Source: Vicinamibacterales bacterium (GTDB lineage Bacteria; Acidobacteriota; Vicinamibacteria; Vicinamibacterales; JAMQPK01). From it: a stretch of 64,000 nucleotides of DNA. Location of the stretch: assembly GCA_963746535.1 (NCBI GenBank), contig CAVVBP010000012.1:636061-700060 (forward strand), read 5' to 3'. Position numbers and translations under genes: made by a program. Shown piece by piece: positions 1-9,730 of the stretch (position 1 is its first letter; each line of letters opens with the position of its first letter). The notes under the pieces were generated by a model, which did not search any database, had not been told where the DNA came from, and saw only the letters and a list, made by a program, of their open reading frames with translations.

Positions 1-1494
1 CTGCTTGGCGTACGGCCCGGCTCGGACGCGATGGAAATGCACCGTCGCCTCGCGGCCTATCTTGCGGCGCTCTGGCAGATTGGCCGCGATCGGGGCAGGC
101 AGGACGCCCAGTTGGTGGCGATGGTGCTCGCCAAGCGCGCGTTCTCGTGCGCGCATTCACTCGTCCGGTCGCTCGAGCGTCGTCTCGCAGGGCTCATCCG
201 ACCGACAGAGGCGCCCGCTCAGCAGGCGTTGCCCTTCGACCTCGAAACCGACGCCTCCGACGAGCCGCAGATGCCGCAAGCACCCGCGTTCGATCGCATC
301 GACGACGAGCGCGACGTCCTTCGGGCACTCATCGAAGTTGCAAAGCCCGCGCAGTGCCACGACCGGAAACTGCACGCGCTCGAGCGGATCCTGAGGCGGG
401 TCCGCGAACCCGTTATCGTCTTCACCGAGTACCGCGACACGCTCGACGCGATTGCCGCCGCCATCGGCACGTGCCGGAAAGCGGCGACATTACACGGCGG
501 CCAGACGCCACAGGAACGGCTCGATGCCGTCGCGTCGTTCTCGAGCGGCGCCGCCGACCTCCTGCTCGCGACCGATGCGGGTTCCGAAGGGTTGAATCTT
601 CACGCGACGTGCCGCCTCGTCATCAATCTCGAGCTGCCGTGGAATCCGATTCGGCTCGAGCAACGAATCGGGCGGGTCGATCGCATCGGCCAGACGCGTA
701 CCGTGCACGCCATCAACCTGTTTGCCGCGGGTACGGCGGAAGGCGACGTGCTCGCGCGGCTCCAGCAGCGGCTCGCGTGCATTCGCATGAGCGAAATCGA
801 GCTGGCAGCGTGCGTCATCAACCGGTCGGAGCCGGCGCAACGTCGCAGCGCAGAACACACCTGCACCGCCGTCGCCGAAATGCGAGGCTTTGCGGAAGCC
901 GAAGCGAAGCGCATGGCGATGGCACGCACACGCGTCGCACCTCGCACGGAACTTCCGGAAGGGGAGATTCCCGTCACGTGTCTGCGGCGCCAGCGGCTCC
1001 AGTCCGCACATGGGCTTCGTCATTGCCTGGTCGCCTTCATGCGCGTTGGTCTCGTCACGCTCGCGGGACGGTTGATCGAGGACACGTTCGTACCTGTGCG
1101 CGTGCCGTTCCGGATCGGCACGCGCAACCAGACGCGGAGAGACGTCCGGGTTGCCGCAACAGCCGCGCTGGCCACGATTCATCCCCACCTGGTGCGCGTC
1201 GCAAGAGACCACGCCGAGCTGCGGTCGAAGGCGCTCGAGACCGAATGGGCGCAGTGGAGCCTCGGCGCCATCGCGCGTGAACGGCAAATCGCGCGGAACG
1301 CCGCGTCTCTGCCCGGCACTCTCGTGCAGGCCGGCCTGTTCGACACCCGTGCCGTGACCGGGCATCTGGACGGTCAGAAGCGACATGACGCGATCCAGAT
1401 CGAAAGTCACGCTCATGCAAACCTGCGCGAGGCCGACACGCGAATCTGTCTTCGCGACGATCCGGACGTGGCGCTGGTCTTCCTCACATGTTGA
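1..1494 (+). CDS. SNF2-family helicase, C-terminal part (DrmD/RapA-like), 5'-truncated by window edge
   Basis: Frame open from base 1. HELICc motifs VIVFTEYRDT, LLATDAGSEGLNL, LPWNPIRLEQRIGRVDRIGQ. Confidence 0.9.
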   Translation: MLGVRPGSDAMEMHRRLAAYLAALWQIGRDRGRQDAQLVAMVLAKRAFSCAHSLVRSLERRLAGLIRPTEAPAQQALPFDLETDASDEPQMPQAPAFDRIDDERDVLRALIEVAKPAQCHDRKLHALERILRRVREPVIVFTEYRDTLDAIAAAIGTCRKAATLHGGQTPQERLDAVASFSSGAADLLLATDAGSEGLNLHATCRLVINLELPWNPIRLEQRIGRVDRIGQTRTVHAINLFAAGTAEGDVLARLQQRLACIRMSEIELAACVINRSEPAQRRSAEHTCTAVAEMRGFAEAEAKRMAMARTRVAPRTELPEGEIPVTCLRRQRLQSAHGLRHCLVAFMRVGLVTLAGRLIEDTFVPVRVPFRIGTRNQTRRDVRVAATAALATIHPHLVRVARDHAELRSKALETEWAQWSLGAIARERQIARNAASLPGTLVQAGLFDTRAVTGHLDGQKRHDAIQIESHAHANLREADTRICLRDDPDVALVFLTC

Positions 1495-1501
1495 TCGGGG
1501 C

Positions 1502-4500
1502 ATGCTGATCGGACTGACCGGATCGCTCGTCTCTCACCATTTCGCCCGGTGCGTGCTGCACCAGGAGTTCGCGGGCGGCCTCGGCGACGCATCGGCGGGC
1601 GCGGCGCACAGATCGTTCGCGCGATGGTGGTCGAGCGACGGCTCACGGTTGGGACCCGCCTCGAGTGCTCGGGCCGTCTGGGACCTGGCCGCCGCCCCGG
1701 TCGCCGAACGGCTCGGGTTTACAGTGTCTCCCAGCGTCGGTGCGGTGCAGCACGACCGGCGGTACGCGACGTTGACCGGCGCTCCCGGCCGTCTCGTGTT
1801 GATGGCCTCGACCTGGACCACATCGCTCGACACACTCTGGCGCGATGCGGTCAGGGGTGGTATCGATCGCGATGCGCCGTGGGTGTTCTGCACGAACGGT
1901 CACCAGTGGCGCCTCGTCGATACCCAGCGGACGTACTCGCGCGCGTATCTGGAATTCAACCTGCAGCATGCGATCGAACACCTGCCGACTTTCCGCGTCT
2001 TCTGGGGCATCCTCCGCGAAGAAGCTTTTCGGCCCGACGGCGGGGCTTCGCTGATCGATCGGGTGATCCGATCCTCCGCGCGGCATGGCCAGGCCGTGAA
2101 TCGCTCGCTGCGCTTTGGTGTCATCGAGGCGGTTCAACATCTCATCGGCGGCCTGCACACGTGCGGAAGGCATACGCTGCCGCGGCTGCTCGACGAGTCG
2201 CTCACCGTCGTCTATCGCCTTCTATTTCTCATGTTCGCGGAATCGCGGCGGCTGGTGCCGAACTGGCATCCGCTCTATCGCGACAGCTACACGATCGAAT
2301 CGCTCCGCAGCCGTGCGGAGAGTCCCGAGCCCGAACGCGGACTGTGGGAAACGCTCCAGGCCATTTCGCGCCTCGCGCACAGAGGCTGTCACGCCGGCAG
2401 CCTCGTGGTCCCGCCCTTCAACGGACGGCTGTTCTCGCCGGCACGCTCCCCCATCGCCGAATCGTGCGCCGTTGACGATGGTGTCGCCGCGCGCGCGCTG
2501 CTCGCGCTCTCGACCACCACCTCGGGACGCCAGCGGACACGAATCAACTATCGCGATCTCGGCGTCGAGCAGCTCGGAGCGGTCTACGAAAGCGTGCTCG
2601 ACTACGAGCCCGTCATCGCCGACGAAGGACCGCGGCGGATCGTTCTCCGAAAGGGTGGCCGCGCGCGCAAGACGACCGGATCGTTCTACACCCCGCAGCC
2701 CATCACTGACTACGTCGTGCGACGCACGCTGCACCCGCTTGTGGACGGCGCCGACAGCCAGCGCATCCTGAGCCTTCGCGTCGTCGATCCGTCGATGGGA
2801 AGCGGTGCCTTTCTGGTGTCGGCGTGCCGCTACCTTGCACGCGCCTACGAACGGGCGCTCGTCGACGAACACGTCCATCACGAAGGTGAGATCGAGGAAT
2901 CCGATCGCGCCGCGTTCAGGCGCCTCATCGCCCAACGCTGCCTGTTCGGCGTCGATCTCAATCCCACCGCGGTTCAGCTCGCCCGTCTCTCGTTGTGGCT
3001 GGCCACCCTGTCGGCCGGCAAGCCCCTGACATTTCTCGACCACCACTTCGCCTGCGGAAACAGCCTGCTGGGCGCGTCACCGGTCGACGTGACACGTCAG
3101 CCGCCTGGTGTGACGTCGCGGACCTCGCCGCGTCGCGATACGCCACTCTTCACGGATGCCGATCTCGAGCCGTCGCTCGCAGCGGCCGTCGCCGAGCGGC
3201 GCTGGCTCGCGGAAACGCGCGACGACACCGCCGATGTCGTGCGCGAGAAGGAACGCCGCCTCGACCGCCTGAGAGCGGCGTCAGACTGGAAGTCGATTGC
3301 CGATCTCTGGTGCGCCTGCTGGATGTGGCCCGATCGGGTTCGTGCGCCCGGTCCGGCTGTCTTCGCGGCGCTCGTCGATGCGCTCACTCGCGGCCGCTCC
3401 GAGCTTCCGGACCGCCTCCGCGACCCATTGCTGGGCCAGGCCCGCGAGATTGCCGGCACGAATCATTTCTTCCACTGGATGCTCGAATTTCCCGAAGCGT
3501 ACTTCGACGACGCGGGCCGGCCGTTGAACAACGGCGGCTTCGACGCGGTCGTCGGCAACCCGCCCTGGGACATGCTGCGGGCGGATGGATCCGAGAAGCA
3601 CTTCTTCCGGCGATCGGGAGTGTACCGGCATCAGGCGAGCGGTCACATCAACCGCTATCAGATCTTTCTGGAGCGAGCCATCACGCTCACCAGACGCGGC
3701 GGGCGCATCGGCCTCGTCCTGCCGTCGGGGTTTGCGACCGATCACACATCGGCTCTTCTCCGGCGCGAGTTGCTGACGCACGCCAGCGTCGACACGATTA
3801 CCGGCTTCGACAATCGCAAGGCCATCTTTCCGATTCACCGGAGCGTTCGCTTCCTGATCTGCACCGCGACCGCGGGCGCGACGACAGGCCAGATCCGCTG
3901 CAGGTTCGGTGTCGACGACACCGACGAGCTCGAAACCATTCCGGACGCGGGCGATCGCGCCGTCTCTCCCTCACACCCCATCGTGCTGACGCCGGCCTTC
4001 CTTGCAGACCTCGACGCACGCAAGCTGGCCATCCCCGAGTTGCGCGCCGTGGCCGACCTTCGCATCCTCGACCGGATCGTCCATACCATTCGGCGCCTCG
4101 ACGCATCGGACGGCTGGAACGTGACGTTCGGCCGCGAGCTCAACGCGACCGACGACCGCGTGCACTTTCATTCGAGACGAGGCGGGATGCCCGTGCTGGA
4201 AGGGAAGCACATCGAGCCGTTCGGCGTGCACGTGGACCAGGCACCGGCGCGAATCGCGGAACGTACGGCCGCGAGACTGCTCGATGCCGACGCCACATTC
4301 TCGCGAGCCCGGCTCGCCTATCGCGATGTCGCGAGCTCGACCAATCGCCTTTCGCTGATCGCGGCGATCCTGCCGGCGGGCGTCGTGACGACGCATTCGC
4401 TGTTCTGCCTGAAGACACGCCTGTCCGGCGACAACCAGGCCTTCCTCTGCGCCATGCTCAACAGCTACGTCGCGAACTATCTCGTGCGGCAGGTCATGAC

Positions 4501-4771
4501 CACGCATCTCGGCTCGGCCACGGTCGAAGCGCTCCGGGTGCCGAAGCCGCCGTACGATTCGCGGCTGTTTCAAAACGTGGTCGAGCTCTCGCACGCGTTG
4601 AGGCATTCGTACTTGCCTTCGGATTACACGCGCGTCCAGGCGTTGGCCGCGATCTCCTACGGCCTCACCTCTGAAGACTTCGAACATGTCCTCGAGACGT
4701 TCCCGCTCGTCGCCGCGACCGAGAAGCGCGCCACGCTCGACGAGTTCCGCCGTCAGACTCTTTTGGGGTAG
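1502..4771 (+). CDS. Type IIG/Eco57I-like N6-adenine DNA methyltransferase (DrmMI-like)
   Basis: Motif I VVDPSMGSGAFL, motif IV FDAVVGNPPW, RKTTGSFYTP, LGVEQLGAVYESVL, YRLLFLMFAE, C-terminal target-recognition region. ATG at 1502 lies 7 nt after the helicase stop. Confidence 0.9.
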   Translation: MLIGLTGSLVSHHFARCVLHQEFAGGLGDASAGAAHRSFARWWSSDGSRLGPASSARAVWDLAAAPVAERLGFTVSPSVGAVQHDRRYATLTGAPGRLVLMASTWTTSLDTLWRDAVRGGIDRDAPWVFCTNGHQWRLVDTQRTYSRAYLEFNLQHAIEHLPTFRVFWGILREEAFRPDGGASLIDRVIRSSARHGQAVNRSLRFGVIEAVQHLIGGLHTCGRHTLPRLLDESLTVVYRLLFLMFAESRRLVPNWHPLYRDSYTIESLRSRAESPEPERGLWETLQAISRLAHRGCHAGSLVVPPFNGRLFSPARSPIAESCAVDDGVAARALLALSTTTSGRQRTRINYRDLGVEQLGAVYESVLDYEPVIADEGPRRIVLRKGGRARKTTGSFYTPQPITDYVVRRTLHPLVDGADSQRILSLRVVDPSMGSGAFLVSACRYLARAYERALVDEHVHHEGEIEESDRAAFRRLIAQRCLFGVDLNPTAVQLARLSLWLATLSAGKPLTFLDHHFACGNSLLGASPVDVTRQPPGVTSRTSPRRDTPLFTDADLEPSLAAAVAERRWLAETRDDTADVVREKERRLDRLRAASDWKSIADLWCACWMWPDRVRAPGPAVFAALVDALTRGRSELPDRLRDPLLGQAREIAGTNHFFHWMLEFPEAYFDDAGRPLNNGGFDAVVGNPPWDMLRADGSEKHFFRRSGVYRHQASGHINRYQIFLERAITLTRRGGRIGLVLPSGFATDHTSALLRRELLTHASVDTITGFDNRKAIFPIHRSVRFLICTATAGATTGQIRCRFGVDDTDELETIPDAGDRAVSPSHPIVLTPAFLADLDARKLAIPELRAVADLRILDRIVHTIRRLDASDGWNVTFGRELNATDDRVHFHSRRGGMPVLEGKHIEPFGVHVDQAPARIAERTAARLLDADATFSRARLAYRDVASSTNRLSLIAAILPAGVVTTHSLFCLKTRLSGDNQAFLCAMLNSYVANYLVRQVMTTHLGSATVEALRVPKPPYDSRLFQNVVELSHALRHSYLPSDYTRVQALAAISYGLTSEDFEHVLETFPLVAATEKRATLDEFRRQTLLG

Positions 4772-4803
4772 GCTAGGGCGCCTCTTCACCACCCAAGGAG
4801 CAC

Positions 4804-5265
4804 ATGACTGCGATTTCCATCACCGTCAACGGCAAGGTCCGCAAGGCACTCGTCGAACCGCGCACGCTGCTCGTGCATTTCCTTCGCGAGCAATTGAGTC
4901 TCACGGGCACACACATCGGCTGCGACACGAGCCAGTGTGGCGCGTGCACGGTGCTCGTCGACGGGCGCAGCGCGAAGTCGTGCACCATGTTCGCGGTACA
5001 GGCCGACGGATCGACCGTTACCACCATCGAAGGACTCGCGCCGGACGGTCAGCTGCATCCGCTGCAGACCGGCTTCTGGGAAGAACACGGGCTTCAGTGC
5101 GGCTACTGCACGCCGGGAATGATCATGGCGGCCGTCACGCTGCTCGAGGACAACCCCAAGCCGTCAGAGCGTGAGATCCGCGAAGGGATTTCCGGCAATC
5201 TCTGCCGCTGCACCGGCTACCAGCACATCGTCAACGCCATCCAGAACGCCGCGAAGCGGAGCTGA
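4804..5265 (+). CDS. coxS: Molybdenum hydroxylase 2Fe-2S subunit (CoxS/CutS)
   Basis: [18 protein letters not shown] and GNLCRCTGY motifs; AAGGAG RBS. Confidence 0.93.
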   Translation: MTAISITVNGKVRKALVEPRTLLVHFLREQLSLTGTHIGCDTSQCGACTVLVDGRSAKSCTMFAVQADGSTVTTIEGLAPDGQLHPLQTGFWEEHGLQCGYCTPGMIMAAVTLLEDNPKPSEREIREGISGNLCRCTGYQHIVNAIQNAAKRS

Positions 5266-5268
5266 TCG

Positions 5269-7638
5269 ATGTCCAAATCTCCCGTCTTGCCGAAGCTCGT
5301 GGGCCAGCGCGTCAAGCGCAGAGAAGACCCGCGTCTCATCCAGGGTCGCGGAACCTATGTCGACGACGTGGTGCTGGTGGCCATGCAGCACCTCGCGTTC
5401 AAGCGCAGCGACGTGGCACATGGACGCATTCTCGGCATCGATACCACCGCGGCCGAGGCCATGGACGGCGTCGAAGCGGTGTTCACCGGCGCACAGATCG
5501 CCGAAATTCTGGGGCCGATGCCGATTGGAACGCCTGCGCCCTCGCCCGAGCATCGCGCGGTGGCTGTCGATACGGTGCGCTATACCGGCGAGCCCGTTGC
5601 GGTCGTCGTCGCGCGCGATCGGTACGTGGCACGCGACGCAGCCGAGGCCATCGAGGTCACCTACGACACCCTTCCGGCTGTCGTGGATCCCGAAGCGGCA
5701 ATGACCGGAAAGCCCGCCGTTCTTCACGCTGACTTTCCCAACAACATCGCGCTGCTGGTGCCGAGCGGCACGGGCGTCACCGGCTCCGGCAGCTCGCGCA
5801 CGATCGACGACTCCGCCATCGAAGACGCGTTCAAGAAGGCCGAGGTCGTCATCTCGCAGCGCATGATCAACCAGCGGCTCGCGCCCTCTGCCATGGAGCC
5901 CAGAGGCGTGGTCGCGCACTTCGAGCCGGGCAAGGGCACGTTGACGATCTGGTCGTCGACGCAGAACCCGCACATCCTGCGCACGTTCGTCGCGAAGCAA
6001 CTTGGGCTCGGCGAGGATGTGGTCCGGGCGATCGCGCCCGAAGTGGGCGGAGGGTTCGGCGCCAAGATCAACATTTACGGCGAAGAGTACGTGGCCGCGG
6101 CGGTCTCCAGGCGGCTCGGCATTCCAGTGAAATGGATCGAGGACCGATCGGAAGCATTTGTCGCCACGGTCCACGGACGCGACATCCTCGGGTATGTCGA
6201 CCTTGCCGCCAGGCGCGATGGAACCGTGCTCGGACTGAAGATGCGGTTGATCGCCGACATCGGCGCGTACAACATGCTCTTCACCGCGGACATTCCGACC
6301 CTCACGCAGCTGATGGCCAGCGCGACGTACAACATCCCCGCGATTCGCGCCACGCTCACCGAGGTGTTCACCAACAAAACGCCCACCGATGCGTATCGAG
6401 GCGCCGGCCGGCCCGAAGCCACGTACTTCGTCGAGCGCGCCATGGACATGCTCGCGCGCGAGCTGAAGATGGACCCGGCGGAGATCCGGCGGAAAAACTT
6501 CATCCAGCCGCACCAGTTCCCGTTCAAGACGCAGATGGGCGCCGAGTACGACTCGGGCGACTACGAAAAAGTGCTCAACCTCGCGCTCGAGAAGGCCGGT
6601 TGGGCGCAGCTGAAAGCCGAACGCGACGCCGCACGGGCGAAGGGGCGGCTCGTCGGACTCGGTCTGGCGATGTACGTCGAGGTCTGCGGCATGGGCCCAT
6701 CATCGGCGATGGGGACTGGCGGATGGGAGTATTCGCAGGTCACCGTCGAGCGCGATGGCCGGATTACGGCGACGACGGGCGCATCGCCCCACGGCCAGGG
6801 CAACGAGACGACGTTCGCGCAGATGCTGGCCGACCAGTTCGGTGTGCCGCTCGAGCACGTCACGATCCTGCACGGCGACACGGCGGTCGTGAAGCAGGGG
6901 ATCGGCACGTTTGGAAGCCGCTCGCAGGCGGTCGGTGGCGTGGCGCTGCAGATGGCGGGCACCAAGGTAAAGACGAAGATGGCCAAGTTCGCCGCCGCCA
7001 TGCTCGAAGCGCACGAGGACGATCTGGTGTTCGAGAACGGCGCCATCGCCGTCAAGGGCTCACCGGCTTCTGCGAAGCCATTCGCCAGCGTCGCGTCGTT
7101 CGCGTATGTGCCGGTTACCCTTCCGCCCGGTCTGGAGCCGGGGCTCAGCGGCGAAGCGTTCTTCGAGCCGTCGAACTTCACCTACCCGTTCGGCTGCCAC
7201 ATCTCGATGCTCGAGATCGATCGTCAGACGGGCGAACCGACGCTCCTGAAGCTCGTGGCCGTCGACGATGCCGGCAATCGCATCAACCCGCTCATCGTGG
7301 AGGGACAAATCCACGGCGGGCTCGCCCAGGGGATCGGGCAGGCGATGATCGAGGAGGTCGTGTACGACGAATCGGGCCAGCTCGTCACCGGCTCGTTCAT
7401 GGACTACGCGTTTCCACGCGCCATCGACTTCCCACGGTTCGAGCTGACGGCGTCGACGACACCCACGCCGGTCAATCCGCTCGGCGCGAAGGGCGTCGGC
7501 GAAGCCGGCACGCTCGGCTCGACGCCGAGCATTGTCGCGGCGGCGGTCGATGCCCTCAGCGAGTTCGGGGTGAAGCACGTCGACATGATGCTGCGTCCCG
7601 AGAAGCTGTGGCGCATCATTCAGGGAGGCCACTCGTGA
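5269..7638 (+). CDS. coxL: Molybdenum hydroxylase large subunit, form II CoxL-like
   Basis: GGGFGAK, AYRGAGRPEA, PHGQGNET, GQIHGG and GAKGVGE motifs. Confidence 0.9.
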   Translation: MSKSPVLPKLVGQRVKRREDPRLIQGRGTYVDDVVLVAMQHLAFKRSDVAHGRILGIDTTAAEAMDGVEAVFTGAQIAEILGPMPIGTPAPSPEHRAVAVDTVRYTGEPVAVVVARDRYVARDAAEAIEVTYDTLPAVVDPEAAMTGKPAVLHADFPNNIALLVPSGTGVTGSGSSRTIDDSAIEDAFKKAEVVISQRMINQRLAPSAMEPRGVVAHFEPGKGTLTIWSSTQNPHILRTFVAKQLGLGEDVVRAIAPEVGGGFGAKINIYGEEYVAAAVSRRLGIPVKWIEDRSEAFVATVHGRDILGYVDLAARRDGTVLGLKMRLIADIGAYNMLFTADIPTLTQLMASATYNIPAIRATLTEVFTNKTPTDAYRGAGRPEATYFVERAMDMLARELKMDPAEIRRKNFIQPHQFPFKTQMGAEYDSGDYEKVLNLALEKAGWAQLKAERDAARAKGRLVGLGLAMYVEVCGMGPSSAMGTGGWEYSQVTVERDGRITATTGASPHGQGNETTFAQMLADQFGVPLEHVTILHGDTAVVKQGIGTFGSRSQAVGGVALQMAGTKVKTKMAKFAAAMLEAHEDDLVFENGAIAVKGSPASAKPFASVASFAYVPVTLPPGLEPGLSGEAFFEPSNFTYPFGCHISMLEIDRQTGEPTLLKLVAVDDAGNRINPLIVEGQIHGGLAQGIGQAMIEEVVYDESGQLVTGSFMDYAFPRAIDFPRFELTASTTPTPVNPLGAKGVGEAGTLGSTPSIVAAAVDALSEFGVKHVDMMLRPEKLWRIIQGGHS

Positions 7639-8492
7639 TTTCGACGTCATTCGAATACACACGCGCCACATCGCTCGACGACGCGCTGGCGAAACTCGGC
7701 GCCGCCAACGGCGAAGCCAAGCTCATCGCGGGCGGACACAGTCTGATCCCCGTCATGAAGCTCCGGCTCAGCCAGCCGGGCGCGCTCATCGACATCGCGC
7801 GCCTCCCGGAGCTGCGCGGTATTCGAAAGGCGGACGGCAAGATCGAGATCGGTGCCGGCACGGTGCATCACGACGTTGCGTCCTCGGCCATGCTGCGCCA
7901 GGAGTGCCCGCTCATCGCGGAAACGGCCGCGTCCATCGGCGACGCACAGGTGCGCAATCGAGGCACGCTCGGCGGGAGCATCGCGCATGCAGATCCTTCA
8001 GCCGACTATCCCGCCGCACTGCTCGCGCTCGACGCCGAGATCAACATCAAGGGCCCGAAAGGATCGCGGTCTGTTCCGGCGCCGCAGTTCTTCCGCGGGC
8101 TGTTTACAGTCGATCTCGCGGCCGACGAAATCATCGTCAGCGTGCGCTTCGCGCCGGTCAAGACCGCAGCCTACGCCAAGCTGTATCAACGGGCGTCGCA
8201 CTTCGCGATTGTGGGGGTGGCGGCCGCGCTCGACGTGCACAACGGCGTCATTCGCTCGGCCCGGGTCGGCGTGACCGGCGCGGGACCGAACGCGACGCGC
8301 CTGACGCAAGTGGAAGCGGCGCTGGCCGGCAAACAGCCGTCGGCGGCCACGTTCGAGCAGGCTTCGCGCCTGGCCGATGCGGGCCTGGACGACGTGAACT
8401 CGGACCTGCACGCGAGCGCGGAATATCGGAGGGCGATGGTTCGCGTCTTCACCGGGCGTGCGCTCGCAGCCGCGATTGCAAGGCAGCCCTAA
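7635..8492 (+). CDS. coxM: Molybdenum hydroxylase FAD subunit (CoxM/CutM)
   Basis: GTG overlaps coxL TGA. IAGGHSLIPVMKLR and QVRNRGTLGGSIAHADP motifs. Confidence 0.9.
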   Translation: MISTSFEYTRATSLDDALAKLGAANGEAKLIAGGHSLIPVMKLRLSQPGALIDIARLPELRGIRKADGKIEIGAGTVHHDVASSAMLRQECPLIAETAASIGDAQVRNRGTLGGSIAHADPSADYPAALLALDAEINIKGPKGSRSVPAPQFFRGLFTVDLAADEIIVSVRFAPVKTAAYAKLYQRASHFAIVGVAAALDVHNGVIRSARVGVTGAGPNATRLTQVEAALAGKQPSAATFEQASRLADAGLDDVNSDLHASAEYRRAMVRVFTGRALAAAIARQP

Positions 8493-8630
8493 AGGGCTGC
8501 GCCACCGACGCTCGGCTGAAGCCGAGCCCTACCAGATACGCCCTACCACAGGTAGCGCAGGGCTTTAGCCCTGCCTCGAGACTGGTGGCACAGGGCTTCA
8601 GTCAGAGGCAGCCCTGAAGGGCTGCGCTAC
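8483..8630. repeat. Cluster of five GT(A/G)G-type REP palindromes
   Basis: 23-nt units at 8483-8505 (-), 8510-8532 (-), 8552-8574 (+), 8585-8603 (+, partial) and 8608-8630 (-), between convergent genes. Confidence 0.85.
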
Positions 8631-8860
8631 CGCGATAACACCTGAGGAAACCGCCGGGTCTGCCCCAGATACTTCTTCGCGTTTTCGAGCGCCTTACGCT
8701 CGACCTCGTCGCGCGCCGGGCCCTCGGCGCGCGCAAAGCGCGCACCGGGGTCGACGTTGTCGATCGTGCAGTAGTACTTCCCGCCGATGCTGTACGTGAC
8801 GATGTTGATGGGCCAGCCGTCAATCGTGTCGCGCCGTTCTGTGTAGTCTTCGGCCTTCAT
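8627..8860 (-). CDS. Small hypothetical protein (77 aa)
   Basis: [23 protein letters not shown]...; start overlaps the sulfurtransferase stop (ATGA). Confidence 0.75.
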   Translation of the reverse strand: MKAEDYTERRDTIDGWPINIVTYSIGGKYYCTIDNVDPGARFARAEGPARDEVERKALENAKKYLGQTRRFPQVLSR

Positions 8861-9683
8861 GGCTTTTCCACCGGCGCGCCGACCAGGTTGCCCCATTCGG
8901 TCCACGACCCGTCATAGTTCTTCACGTCCTGGTAGCCGAGCAGGTATTTGAGCGCGAACCAGCTGTGGCTCGACCGCTCGCCGATCCGGCAGTAGGCGAT
9001 GACCGGCTTGTCGCCCTTCACCCCGACACCGTCGTAGAGCGCCTTGATTTCGACCGGGCTCTTGAACGTGCCGTCGTCGTTCGCGAGCTTCGCCCACGGC
9101 ATGCTTCGGCGCCCGGAATGTGACCGCCACGCTGGCAGGTTTCGGGCAGTCCAGGAGGCGCAAGAATCTCTCCCGTGAATTCAGCCGGGCTGCGCACATC
9201 GACGAGCGCAGCGCTGCGCTTTTCGACCGCACTTCTGCACGTCGAGCAGCAACGCGCGGATCGACTTGTCCTGCATCTTTCGCTTTGTACACTTTCTTCG
9301 GCGGCTTCGCGGCGCTCGGTGGTCAGATCCTTCCCTTCCGCGAGCCACTTCTTGCGGCCGCCGTCCATGATGCGCACATCCTGATGGCCGTAGAGCTTGA
9401 GCTGCCAGAACGCCCATGCGGCGAACCAGTTGTTGTTGTCACCGTACACGACCATGGTCGTGTCGTTGTCGATACCCGACGCGCCGAGAAGTTCTTCGAG
9501 CTTGTCCTTGGGAATCACGTCGCGAACGAGGGTGTCGCACAGCTGCGTGGTCCAGTTCCAGCCGACGGCGCCCGGCACGTGACCCTGATCGTAGGCCGCC
9601 GTATCGACGTCGACCTCCGCAATCCGGACCTTGGGATTCTCGAGGTTGCTCTTAACCCAGTCGGTACTCACCAGGACGTCCAT
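8857..9683 (-). CDS. Two-domain rhodanese/thiosulfate sulfurtransferase (SseA/CysA-like), apparent frameshifts about 9250-9300 and 9105
   Basis: [25 protein letters not shown], active site [17 protein letters not shown]; AGGAG RBS. Confidence 0.9.
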
Positions 9684-9730
9684 CTTTCGTCTCCTCTAAC
9701 AGGGCCCCAAATGCTACGCTATATCAGCAA

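Noticed and set aside
5269-7638. Bona fide aerobic CO dehydrogenase
   Set aside because: The motif is AYRGAGR rather than AYxCSFR, the order is S-L-M, and no cox accessory genes are adjacent.
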